This document shows positions 54,349-63,259 of a DNA stretch of 64,000 nucleotides, in pieces. A program made the translations under genes and the position numbers. The notes beneath the pieces were generated by a model, which saw only the letters and a program-made list of their open reading frames with translations, ran no database searches and was not told where the DNA came from. Every line of letters begins with the position of its first letter. Position 1 is the first letter of the stretch. The stretch spans positions 10,939 through 74,938 of the forward strand of contig CAYLHQ010000004.1 in assembly GCA_964383585.1 (NCBI GenBank), read 5' to 3'. This DNA comes from an uncultured Acidobacteriota bacterium (GTDB lineage Bacteria > Acidobacteriota > Polarisedimenticolia > Polarisedimenticolales > DASRJG01).

Positions 54349-57300
54349 ATGAGGTTCGCCGCCATGCTCGGGGCGTTCGCGATGGCGGCGTCGTTCGCGC
54401 ACGCCGGCTCCCCTCCCGATCCCGCGGGCCCGGCGACGACCGACCACACCTTGCGCCTCGGGGGCTTTGCGTTCGACCCGCTTGCCGGGGAGCCCTCCCT
54501 CCCGGAGGGCTGGAGCCGGTCGCTGACGGCGGTTCCTGACCTCCATTTGGTGCAATTCGACGGACCGATTCCGGGCGACGCTCCCGCGGGGATGCGCTCC
54601 GCCGGCCTCGAGCCGGTCCGTTACGTTTACCCCGACACCTACATCGTGTGGGGGCGGACGCTCGACCGGGATTCGCTCCGAGGCAAACCGAGAGTCCGTT
54701 GGACCGGCGACTTTGCGCCGGCCTACCGGGTGCTGCCGGAGCTTCGAGACCGCATCGGCGAGACCCTCGACGTTCGCATCCTCATTTATCGCGGGGCGGG
54801 GACCGACACCGTCGTGGAGGCGCTCTCGCGGCTCGGATCTCCGATCGGACGCCGCACCGTTCTCGACGACACGCTCGAAATCGCCGGGTTCCGGATTCCC
54901 GGGGAGCGAATGCGTTTCGCCGCCGCGGTCCCCGGCGTCTACTCCATCCAACCGTTGACGGGCGAGTGGGCCGCACGGGCGGAGATGTCGTCGCAAGTGA
55001 ACGTCGGAAACGTCGACGGATCGGGCATCCCGTTTCCCGGCTACGCCTCCTGGCTCTCGAGCGTCGGCGTCGACGGGAACGGCGTCACCGTGGCGATCGT
55101 CGACGAAGGGGTCGATGAGGGCCACCCCGACCTCGCAGCCGGCCATCTCCCGTGCGTGGGGCCGAGTTGCACCGTGCCCGCGAGCATCCACGGCACCCAC
55201 GTCGCCGGGATCGTGACGGGAGACGGCACGAGCGGAGTCACGGATTCGTACGGATTCCTCCGCGGGCTGGGCGTGGCGCCCGGCTCCGCGTATTTCGAGC
55301 AAGAGTTCGTCATGTTCCGCTTTCTTCCCGGCGGGGTCTCGGAATTGATCGCCGACTCCCGCCGGAACGGCGCGACGATCTCGAACAACAGCTGGGGGAC
55401 TTCGTCGATCGCGAGGGGGTACAACGCCGACGCGCTGATGCTCGACATCGGCGTTCGCGATGCGGATCCGGAGGAACCGGGAAATCAACCGCTGTTCTAC
55501 GTGCAAGCCATGGGCAACGGCGGAGGCGGGGTCTCGTCGCAGGGGGCGCCCGACGAGGCCAAGAACGTGATCGTCGTCGGCTCGACTTGGGCGGCGGACC
55601 TCGAGGGGAACCCGATCCCGAACATCGACAGCCTTTCGGACAACAGCGCCCACGGGCCGGCCCTGGACGGGAGGACCATTCCCCACGTCGTCGCGCCGGG
55701 ATGCCGGGTCGACTCGACGACTCCGGACAACGGCGAGGGGTACGGCCACCTCTTCCAGTGCGGCACCTCGATGGCCGCGCCGCAGATCTCCGGCGCCGCA
55801 GCGATCTTCACCCAGCACTACCGGGGCCTGCCCGGCGCCCCGGGCGACCCGAGTCCGGCCCTGATCAAGGCGGCCCTGCTCGCGACCGCCCGCGACCTCC
55901 ACGGCAACCAGGACGCCGACGGCGCGACGATGGGCCACCGGCCCGACAGCAAGCAGGGATGGGGGCGGCTCGACCTGAGGGCGCTCGTCTCGCAGCCCGC
56001 GGGAAGCGTGCTCTACTTCGACCAGGGACGGATCTTCGAGGAGACCGGCGAGAACTGGCTGCGCGAGGTCGTGCCCGTCCAACCGAGCGAGCCGATGCGC
56101 GTGATGCTCGTCTGGACCGACGCGCCGGGACACGGCCTGGGAGGGAACACCCCCGCGTGGAACAACGACCTCAACCTGGTCGTCGACGTGGGCGGAAACT
56201 CCTACCTGGGAAACGTGTTCGGAGGCGACGGGTGGTCGACGACCGGCGGAACCGCGGACACCAGGAACAACGCCGAGGGCGTGTTTTTCGCCGTTCCCCC
56301 GGAGCGGGTCACGATCCGCGTGGTCGCCTCGAATCTCAACTCGGACGGCGTTCCGAACGCCGGGGACAAGATCGACCAGGACTTCGCCCTCGTATGCGTC
56401 AACTGCGCCTACGCCCCCGGATTCGACCTCGACCCCGTCCCCGTCACCCGGAACGTTTGTGCGCCGCAGACGGCCGTCTACGACGTCGAGGTCGACTCGC
56501 TGTCCGGCTATGTCGAGCCGGTGACCCTCTCGCTCGCGGGCCTCCCCGCGGGCGCAAGCGCCACCTTCGACGTGAACCCGGTCGTACCCGGCGGCCGATC
56601 GCTCCTCTCGATCGATCCCGGGACCGTCGCGGACGGCGACTACGCGTTGAGCCTCCACGGGGACGCGGCGTCCCTCGCCCGGGCACACCCGCTCTACCTG
56701 CGCCTCCGCACGGCGTCGCCCGCTCCGGCCGTCTTGAGCCTCCCCGCGGACGGCTCGACGGACGTCTCTCCGCAGCCGACCCTCGAGTGGACCGCTGTCC
56801 CGTGGGCGGCGAGCTACGTCGTCGAGGTCTCGACCGACCCGACCTTCCAGACCGTGTTCTACACGGCCTACTCGGAGACCCCGGTCCACAAGGTCCGGGA
56901 GATTCTGGCGCAGGGGACCCCGTACTTCTGGCGCGTGCGATCGCGAAACGCCTGCGGATTCGGGGCGTTCTCGACGGTTCGGAGCTTCACCACCCGCGAC
57001 CTTCCTCCCGTGCTCCTCGTCGACGACGACTGGGACTACTGGGGCGACTACCAGCCCGATTACCGAGCGGCGATGGACGCGCTCCCGCTTTCCCCCTACT
57101 TCTATCCCGTGACGTACGACGTCTGGGACGTGTACGCGGGGATGGCCGGGGAAGAGCCGGACTACGCGACGCTCGCCCTCTACCCGAAGGTGATCTGGTG
57201 GACGGGCCGGGAGGACTTCTACGCGGGGCCGGAGTCGTTCTCGGAGTCCGAGCTCGCGAGGTGGTTCGACGAGCGGGGAGGCTGCTTCTTCCTGACGAGC

Positions 57301-58026
57301 GCCGACTACGTCTTCGCGCGGGACGGCGTGAACGGCTTCATGCGGGAGCGCCTGGGCGTCGCGACCGTCGCCGAGGACACGGGGCAGGGCCAGGTGACCG
57401 GCCAGGGCACGGTGTACGGCGCGCTGGGGACGATCACGCTCAGGAACCTCAGCAGCGACTATTCCGACTCGGTGTCCCCCGACGCGACCGCCGAGCTGGC
57501 TTTCTCCGGGAATCGCGGGAATGCCGGAGTCGACAAGAACGGGTCCTTTTACCGGACGACCTTCCTGGGCTTCGGCATGGAGCGGTTGTTCTCCCCCGCA
57601 GACCGCCAGAAAACGCTGCTCGCGTTCCTCCAGTGGTGCGACGGACTTCCCGGCCTCGACGGCGACGGGGATGCGGTTTCGAACGGCGCCGACTGCATGC
57701 CGGGCGTGGCGGAGGCGTGGACCGCGCCCGCTCCCGTGACCGACCTGCGCCTGCACAAGGCGGAGAACGGATTCACCTGGTCGCAACCCGTGAGCGGCGC
57801 GGGGGCCGTCTACGACCTCGTGCGGAGCGGGAACGCCGGGGACTTCTGGAACGCGACGTGCGTCGCAGCGGGGAGGGAGGAGACCTCGGTGCCCGCGGCG
57901 TGGGACAGCGAGCCGCGCCCGGGAGAGGTCGTCTTCTATCTGGTGAGGGCGTCGAGCCCCTGCGGCACCGCGCCCATGGGCAACGCGTCCGACGGGACGG
58001 GCCGGCAGGGAACCGCCTGCCGATGA
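54349..58026 (+). CDS. secreted S8 subtilisin-like serine protease (about 1225 aa) with FN3-like and other C-terminal domains
   Basis: Signal peptide MRFAAMLGAFAMAASFAHA. Triad: VAIVDEGVD, HGTHVAGIV, GTSMAAPQISG. Internal FN3-like segment (YFWRVRSRNACGFG). C-terminal module ...VVFYLVRASSPCG.... Confidence 0.9.
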   Translation: MRFAAMLGAFAMAASFAHAGSPPDPAGPATTDHTLRLGGFAFDPLAGEPSLPEGWSRSLTAVPDLHLVQFDGPIPGDAPAGMRSAGLEPVRYVYPDTYIVWGRTLDRDSLRGKPRVRWTGDFAPAYRVLPELRDRIGETLDVRILIYRGAGTDTVVEALSRLGSPIGRRTVLDDTLEIAGFRIPGERMRFAAAVPGVYSIQPLTGEWAARAEMSSQVNVGNVDGSGIPFPGYASWLSSVGVDGNGVTVAIVDEGVDEGHPDLAAGHLPCVGPSCTVPASIHGTHVAGIVTGDGTSGVTDSYGFLRGLGVAPGSAYFEQEFVMFRFLPGGVSELIADSRRNGATISNNSWGTSSIARGYNADALMLDIGVRDADPEEPGNQPLFYVQAMGNGGGGVSSQGAPDEAKNVIVVGSTWAADLEGNPIPNIDSLSDNSAHGPALDGRTIPHVVAPGCRVDSTTPDNGEGYGHLFQCGTSMAAPQISGAAAIFTQHYRGLPGAPGDPSPALIKAALLATARDLHGNQDADGATMGHRPDSKQGWGRLDLRALVSQPAGSVLYFDQGRIFEETGENWLREVVPVQPSEPMRVMLVWTDAPGHGLGGNTPAWNNDLNLVVDVGGNSYLGNVFGGDGWSTTGGTADTRNNAEGVFFAVPPERVTIRVVASNLNSDGVPNAGDKIDQDFALVCVNCAYAPGFDLDPVPVTRNVCAPQTAVYDVEVDSLSGYVEPVTLSLAGLPAGASATFDVNPVVPGGRSLLSIDPGTVADGDYALSLHGDAASLARAHPLYLRLRTASPAPAVLSLPADGSTDVSPQPTLEWTAVPWAASYVVEVSTDPTFQTVFYTAYSETPVHKVREILAQGTPYFWRVRSRNACGFGAFSTVRSFTTRDLPPVLLVDDDWDYWGDYQPDYRAAMDALPLSPYFYPVTYDVWDVYAGMAGEEPDYATLALYPKVIWWTGREDFYAGPESFSESELARWFDERGGCFFLTSADYVFARDGVNGFMRERLGVATVAEDTGQGQVTGQGTVYGALGTITLRNLSSDYSDSVSPDATAELAFSGNRGNAGVDKNGSFYRTTFLGFGMERLFSPADRQKTLLAFLQWCDGLPGLDGDGDAVSNGADCMPGVAEAWTAPAPVTDLRLHKAENGFTWSQPVSGAGAVYDLVRSGNAGDFWNATCVAAGREETSVPAAWDSEPRPGEVVFYLVRASSPCGTAPMGNASDGTGRQGTACR

Positions 58027-58036
58027 GGGGATCGGA

Positions 58037-61000
58037 ATGAAAGCTCCCTGGAGTGTGATTGTCGCCGGGCTCGTGGCGCTCGCGTATTCCGTCCCGTCGG
58101 GCGCGTCCGACGGGAAGGTCTCCCTCCGATCGACTGTGATCGACGGCAGCCGAGCGGACGGCACGGTCCCGACCGCCGGACCGGGGGAGACCGCACGATG
58201 GGTCGTCCGGTTCCAGCGCAATCCCGGATGGCTCGAGAGGGCCGCGCTCGAGGCGGCGGGGGCCCGCGTCGTGGCTCCGCTCCCGGGGCAGGCCTATCTG
58301 GTCGACGTTCCGCCCGGTCGACCCGTCGCCCTCGCGGCGATCGCCGGAGTCGACTGGGCCGCTCCGTATCTGCCGTCGGACAAGATCGCTCCGGAGGTCG
58401 CGGCGTCGCTCGGCTCCGGCGACGACGCGGATCTCGCGGTCGTGGTTCAACTGTTCGGCGACGCAGACCCCCACACGGTGGCGGCCGAACTCCGCGCCTC
58501 CGGCTTCCGGGTTGCCGGTTCCGGGCGCGGGGGGACGTTCGGCCGCCTCGTGATCCTCGCCACGCCGGAGGAGGTGCGGAATCGGGTGGCCGTCCTGGCC
58601 GGGCGGAACGACGTGTTCTGGATCGGGCTTCGTGGCCGGCGGACGCTCGCCAACGACAACGCGATCTGGGTCGGCCAGTCCGGCTTGAACGGAGGGCAGA
58701 CGACCCCCGTCTTCCAGAAAGGAATCCGCGGCGAGGGACAGGTTGCGGCCATCCTCGACACCGGACTCGACGCCGACATGTGCTACTTCCGGGATCCGGT
58801 GCTCGGGCTTCCGCTCGCCAACATCGGAACCGGATCGGCCGCAGTCGATCCGAGCCATCGCAAGGTGCTCGCGGTCGATTTCCTTTGGAACGCCGACGAT
58901 CCGGCGGATCCTGCCGACTGGGACAACCAGGGGCACGGCACGCACGTGGCGGGAACGCTCGCGGGGGACGACCTCGCGAACCCGATCGTTCACGACACCG
59001 GAGACGGTCACGCGCCCGCGGCGAAGATCGTCGTGCAGGACGCCGGCTATGCCGCCGACGCGTGCGGCGATCTCCCCGGCATCGGGTGCCCGGTGACCGA
59101 TCTCAACCCCGTCTTCCAGCAGGCGTACGACCAGGGAGCGCGCGTCCACTCGAACTCCTGGAACGACAACGAGAACGCGACCGTGCAGAACACCTACACC
59201 GACGCCTCGGTCGACGTGGACGAGTTCATGTGGAACCACCCCGACTTCCTGATCGTGTTCGCCTGCGGCAACCATGCGCTCGGCGGCGTCGGCACGATGG
59301 GAAGCCCGTCGACCGCGAAGAACGGGGTGGCGACGGGGGCCACCTACAACGGCCAATCCTCGATCTACCTCTCCGACATCTCGGCATGGGGGCCGACGGC
59401 GGACGGCCGGATCAAGCCCGACGTCGTCTTCCCGGGCGCGAGCATCCAGTCGGCGGGGAACGACAGGAACGTCGGGACGAACAACTGTGGAACGTCCGGA
59501 ATGACGGGGACGTCGATGACCGCGCCCGCCGTCTCGGGCCTGGCCCTCTTGACCCGACAGTACTTCATGGAGGGATGGTACCCGACGGGGTCGCCCGTTC
59601 CCGCCGACGCCTTCACGCCGACGGCTGCGCTGCTCAAGGCGATGCTCGTCAACTCGGCCGTCGCGATCCCGTTCGACGCGGAGGGTCGGCCGATCACGAT
59701 CCCGTCGAACGAGCAAGGCTGGGGTCGCGTGCTGCTCGACCATGCGCTGCATTTCTCGGGGGATGCCCGCGGCCTCTGGGTCGCGGACGACGTCGGCGAC
59801 TTCACGTCCCCCTCCGACCCGCCGGTGATCTTCCAGCTCGACATGCAGGACACGGGGGAGCCGCTCGAGGTGACGCTCGCGTGGACCGACTATCCGTCGA
59901 CGACGGCCGCCGCGACCAACCTCGTGAACGACCTCGATCTGCGGGTCGACGGGCCGAGCGGCGGATTCTGGGGGAACGACTTCTTCCAGGGGGTCTCGAA
60001 GACCGGCGGATCGCCCGACCGCCTGAACAACCTGGAGCAGGTGCTGATCGCCGATCCCGCGCCGGGGAACTACTCGATCCAGATCTCGCCCCACGCGATC
60101 CCGGCCGGGCCGCAATCGTTCGCCCTCGTCGTGACCGGCGGGCGGTTCACGGTCACCTCGGGTCCACATCCGTCCTACTGGTCGCACGTCGTGGACGATT
60201 CGGGGCCCAACGGAAACGGCGACGGCGTGCTGGATCCGGGGGAGTCGGCGCGAATCCAGGTGACGCTCCGGAACGCCGGCGACGCGCCGGCGACCGCGGT
60301 CGTCGGCCAACTTTTCTCGGCCTACCCCGACGGACTCAAGGTCTACGGCGGGACCGCGTCGTACCCGAACATGGCGGTCGGAGCGCAGGGAACCTCGGCC
60401 TCCCCCCACTACGACGTCACGCTCGAGCCCTCGGCGCAATGCGGGCAGATCCTCGGCGCGACGATGCGGATCACGGGGAACGGGTTCGACGTCGGGAGCG
60501 CCTTCACGACCGACATCGGGGTTTACGAGAAGGACTACCCGTCCACCGACACGCCCCTCTCGATCCCGCGGAGCAGTTCGACCGGCGCGAATTCCTATCT
60601 CAGCGTGCCCGTGAGCTTCCCGTTGACCGAGGTGGACGCCACCGTCAACATCGCCCACACCGACATCGGGGACCTGGAGGTCCTCCTGTACCGGCCCGGA
60701 ACGAGCAACCCGCCGGTCTACCTGCACAACAACACGGGGGTCGGCGTCTCGGGAATCCACACGACCTATGACGAACTGACCGAGCCCGACGGCCCCGGCA
60801 GCCTCGACAGTTTCGTGGGCGGCGAGCCTCGGGGAACGTGGCGCCTCAAGGTGACCAACGCCGGCAGCAAGAACGGGACGCTCGAGAACTGGACGCTCCA
60901 CCTGAAGAGCGACGTGCCGTTCAACTGTACGCCGCGGGGATGCGGGCAGGGAGTGCCGCCTGCGGTCGCGAACACGCTGACGGTCGAGAAATCGGGGGCG

Positions 61001-61204
61001 GCGGACGTACGGGTCGCGTGGACCGGCGTGGGTGCCTCGAACTACAACGTCTGGCGATCGAGCGACGCTCAGTTCGGGACGGCGGTCTTCGCGGGGGCCT
61101 CCGGGGGGGCGACGAGCTTCACGGATGCGGGCGCGCAGAACCTCCCCGGTCTCCACTACTACCTCGTGCGCTCCGTCAATTCGTGCCGCTGGGAGAGCGA
61201 CTGA
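58037..61204 (+). CDS. secreted S8 subtilisin-like serine protease (1055 aa) with P-domain and C-terminal FN3-like module
   Basis: Signal peptide. Triad: AAILDTGLD, HGTHVAGTL, GTSMTAPAVSG. P-domain: IGDLEVLLYRPG...GTWRLKVTNAG...WTLHL. The end is ...HYYLVRSVNSCRWESD. Confidence 0.9.
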   Translation: MKAPWSVIVAGLVALAYSVPSGASDGKVSLRSTVIDGSRADGTVPTAGPGETARWVVRFQRNPGWLERAALEAAGARVVAPLPGQAYLVDVPPGRPVALAAIAGVDWAAPYLPSDKIAPEVAASLGSGDDADLAVVVQLFGDADPHTVAAELRASGFRVAGSGRGGTFGRLVILATPEEVRNRVAVLAGRNDVFWIGLRGRRTLANDNAIWVGQSGLNGGQTTPVFQKGIRGEGQVAAILDTGLDADMCYFRDPVLGLPLANIGTGSAAVDPSHRKVLAVDFLWNADDPADPADWDNQGHGTHVAGTLAGDDLANPIVHDTGDGHAPAAKIVVQDAGYAADACGDLPGIGCPVTDLNPVFQQAYDQGARVHSNSWNDNENATVQNTYTDASVDVDEFMWNHPDFLIVFACGNHALGGVGTMGSPSTAKNGVATGATYNGQSSIYLSDISAWGPTADGRIKPDVVFPGASIQSAGNDRNVGTNNCGTSGMTGTSMTAPAVSGLALLTRQYFMEGWYPTGSPVPADAFTPTAALLKAMLVNSAVAIPFDAEGRPITIPSNEQGWGRVLLDHALHFSGDARGLWVADDVGDFTSPSDPPVIFQLDMQDTGEPLEVTLAWTDYPSTTAAATNLVNDLDLRVDGPSGGFWGNDFFQGVSKTGGSPDRLNNLEQVLIADPAPGNYSIQISPHAIPAGPQSFALVVTGGRFTVTSGPHPSYWSHVVDDSGPNGNGDGVLDPGESARIQVTLRNAGDAPATAVVGQLFSAYPDGLKVYGGTASYPNMAVGAQGTSASPHYDVTLEPSAQCGQILGATMRITGNGFDVGSAFTTDIGVYEKDYPSTDTPLSIPRSSSTGANSYLSVPVSFPLTEVDATVNIAHTDIGDLEVLLYRPGTSNPPVYLHNNTGVGVSGIHTTYDELTEPDGPGSLDSFVGGEPRGTWRLKVTNAGSKNGTLENWTLHLKSDVPFNCTPRGCGQGVPPAVANTLTVEKSGAADVRVAWTGVGASNYNVWRSSDAQFGTAVFAGASGGATSFTDAGAQNLPGLHYYLVRSVNSCRWESD

Positions 61205-61282
61205 CGGGAGGCGGGCTGCGGGAAATTCCTGGCAGCCTCGAGGGTCGACGTGGCCGGAATGGAGACGCGAACCGGGGCGCGC

Positions 61283-61522
61283 TCAGCCCTTCACGCGGAT
61301 TCCGCGCGCCGCCAGGATCTCGCGAAGGCGCTCGCGCCGGTCCCCGTGGAGCTCGACCGTTCCCTCCACGACCGCGCCGCCGGTGCCGAGCGCGCGCTTC
61401 CACTCGCGCGCGAGTTCCTCGAGGGCGGCGGGTTCGACCGAGAGGTCGTAGACGACGGTCACCGCCTTCCCGCCGCGGCCCTTCTTCTCGAGCCGGAGCT
61501 TCGCGACGGGCGGAGGGGTCAC
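61283..61522 (-). CDS. SUI1/YciH-family translation initiation factor-like protein (core domain only, 79 aa)
   Basis: KLRLEKKGRGGKAVTVVYDL...LAREWKRALGTGGAVVEGTVELHGDRRERLREILAARGIRVKG. GTG 61522 overlaps the upstream stop (GTGA). Confidence 0.7.
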   Translation of the reverse strand: MTPPPVAKLRLEKKGRGGKAVTVVYDLSVEPAALEELAREWKRALGTGGAVVEGTVELHGDRRERLREILAARGIRVKG

Positions 61523-61839
61523 GGGCCGGGCTCCGCGCCGGGCACGATCCGGTCTCCCCGGACGACACGATAGGCGTCGAGCGCGATCGGGACGTAGCGG
61601 ACCGCCGCGCCGAGCGCGCGGAGGACTCGGCTCGGACCCGCGATCATCACGACCCCCGCGACGAGCGCGATCACCGGCCCGGAGCGGCGGAGCGCGGTGG
61701 CGGCGCGCACGAGCGTCGCGACCCAGCCGATCTCGCCGCGGATACGCGCGGCGCACGACCCGATCTCGTCCCGTTGCGCGTGCGAGCGCTCCACGAGAGC
61801 CTCGCGCCTCGCGGCAAGGTCGGCCAGGTGCGATCTCAC
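61519..61839 (-). CDS. YqjK-like small membrane protein
   Basis: 106 aa with an N-terminal coiled segment (LAARREALVERSHAQRDEI) and one hydrophobic helix. Its position after the yqjE-like gene matches the E. coli yqjDEK order. GTGA overlap. Confidence 0.5.
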   Translation of the reverse strand: MRSHLADLAARREALVERSHAQRDEIGSCAARIRGEIGWVATLVRAATALRRSGPVIALVAGVVMIAGPSRVLRALGAAVRYVPIALDAYRVVRGDRIVPGAEPGP

Positions 61840-62213
61840 CGTTTCTCCTCGAGCGACTCGTAGTCCCGCTCGAGCTCGGTGAGGCTCGCGTCGAACATGC
61901 GGGGCTTCGACTGGACGAGCCCCCGCACGTACAGGTACGAGCCCCCCGCCGCCGCGAGGAAGACGGCCGCCAGGATTCCTGCGGCGAGCGGCCGGTGCGA
62001 CTCGTCCACGCTCAGGAGGACGAGCACGGCGATGAAGGTGAGTCCCACGACCGCGCAGAGGAGGGCCGCGAGGCTCCAGATCAAGACGGCCACGAGCCGC
62101 GCGAGCTCCTCCTGCAGTTCCGTCGAGAGGAGCTCGACGCGGTTGTGCACCATGGCGACGAGCGTCGCGAGGAGCGCCTTCAGCGAGTCGAGGATCCCCA
62201 AGGGGCCGCTCAA
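61836..62213 (-). CDS. YqjE-like (holin-X/DUF1469-type) membrane protein
   Basis: LLATLVAMVHNRVELLSTELQEELARL followed by two TM helices. TTG start overlapping the upstream stop (TTGA). Confidence 0.65.
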   Translation of the reverse strand: MSGPLGILDSLKALLATLVAMVHNRVELLSTELQEELARLVAVLIWSLAALLCAVVGLTFIAVLVLLSVDESHRPLAAGILAAVFLAAAGGSYLYVRGLVQSKPRMFDASLTELERDYESLEEKR

Positions 62214-62512
62214 CGACGGTTCGCGAGGGACCCGACGATGAAGCCGAGACCGGCGGCGATCGCGATCGCCGTCCAGGGGTTCTCGTGGACGTACTCGTCG
62301 GTCGACTTCGCGGCGGCCTTCGCGCGGGCGCCGATCTCGGCCCCCGCCTCCTTCATGCGCTCGCGGGCGGCGGCGAGCGATTCCTTCGCGCGGGCGCGGA
62401 CCTGCTCGATCTTCTCTCCGGTCTGGCCCGCGGTCGCGGCGAGCAGCGCCTCCGCGTCCTCGACGACCACCTTGAGGTCCCGGAGGAGCTTGTCGGTCGT
62501 GACCTGTTCCAT
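62210..62512 (-). CDS. ElaB/YqjD/DUF883-family membrane-anchored ribosome-binding protein
   Basis: LLRDLKVVVEDAEALL...TDEYVHENPWTAIAIAAGLGFIVGSLANRR (canonical C-terminal anchor). Start at MEQVTTDK (ATG 62512). Confidence 0.8.
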   Translation of the reverse strand: MEQVTTDKLLRDLKVVVEDAEALLAATAGQTGEKIEQVRARAKESLAAARERMKEAGAEIGARAKAAAKSTDEYVHENPWTAIAIAAGLGFIVGSLANRR

Positions 62513-62566
62513 GCGTGTCTCCTTATCGATGTCGATGATCCATCCTTTCACTCTACCGGACCGGGG

Positions 62567-62929
62567 CTATCTTCGCTCCAGGATCTCGATGTCGTAACCG
62601 TTCGGGTCCTTGACGAAGATGTAGCGGGACCCGACCTCCGGCCGGGACCGGCGGTACCACCATCCTCTGGCCTCCACCTCCCGCACCACCGATTCGAGGT
62701 CGTCCGTCCGGAAGGCGAGGTGGCCGAACTGGTCGCCCAGCGTGTACTCGGAGCGGCCGTGGTTGTACGTGAGCTCGACGGTCCGGCCCCCGCCGTCCTC
62801 GAGGAAGACGAGCGTCGCCTCGTCCCCGATCGACTTCCGGCGCGTCTCCTCGAGACCGAGGAAGTCGCAGTAGAACTCGAGCGTCCGGTCGAGGTCCTTG
62901 ACGCGGATCATCGTGTGGGCGAATTCCAA
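62567..62929 (-). CDS. gloA: lactoylglutathione lyase (glyoxalase I)
   Basis: FAHTMIRVKDLDRTLEFYCDFLGL, VELTYNHG, FGHLAF, and FVKDPNGYDIEILE align motif-for-motif with E. coli GloA. Confidence 0.85.
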   Translation of the reverse strand: MEFAHTMIRVKDLDRTLEFYCDFLGLEETRRKSIGDEATLVFLEDGGGRTVELTYNHGRSEYTLGDQFGHLAFRTDDLESVVREVEARGWWYRRSRPEVGSRYIFVKDPNGYDIEILERR

Positions 62930-62959
62930 CGGGAGTCCTCCGGAGCGCCGCTCTGGGCG

Positions 62960-63259
62960 CTAGGAAACTTCCTCGAGCACCTTGAGGAAGGCGTCGTAGG
63001 GGAGGGCCTGCCAGCTCTCGGCCGACGTCGCCCCTTCCGAGCGGGAGATCAGAGAGACCCGGTGTGCCGTCTCGACGTCGGGCGCCTCGTAGAGGTCCAT
63101 GAAATCGTACGGGCCGAGGATGGCGTAGTGCGCGATCCACTTCACCTCGGGGCAGCGTTCTTTCACCTTCTTGAGCCAACCCTTGCCGGTCTTGCGCCGG
63201 CCTTCGGCATCGTGGAGGGTTTCGGGGCCGAGTCGCGACATCAGGACGAAGGTGGGCAT
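62960..63259 (-). CDS. GYD-domain protein (99 aa)
   Basis: MPTFVLMSRLGPETL...WIAHYAILGPYDFMDLYEAPDVETAHRVSLI. AGGAGG RBS before ATG 63259. Confidence 0.8.
   Translation of the reverse strand: MPTFVLMSRLGPETLHDAEGRRKTGKGWLKKVKERCPEVKWIAHYAILGPYDFMDLYEAPDVETAHRVSLISRSEGATSAESWQALPYDAFLKVLEEVS

Noticed and set aside
53995-61156. Giant minus-strand ORFs 53995-58221 (1408 aa) and 57773-61156 (1127 aa)
   Set aside because: They are antisense shadows of the two plus-strand S8 protease genes. They share third-codon positions, have R/G/P/D-dominated low-complexity composition, no signal peptide or catalytic motifs, and no RBS.
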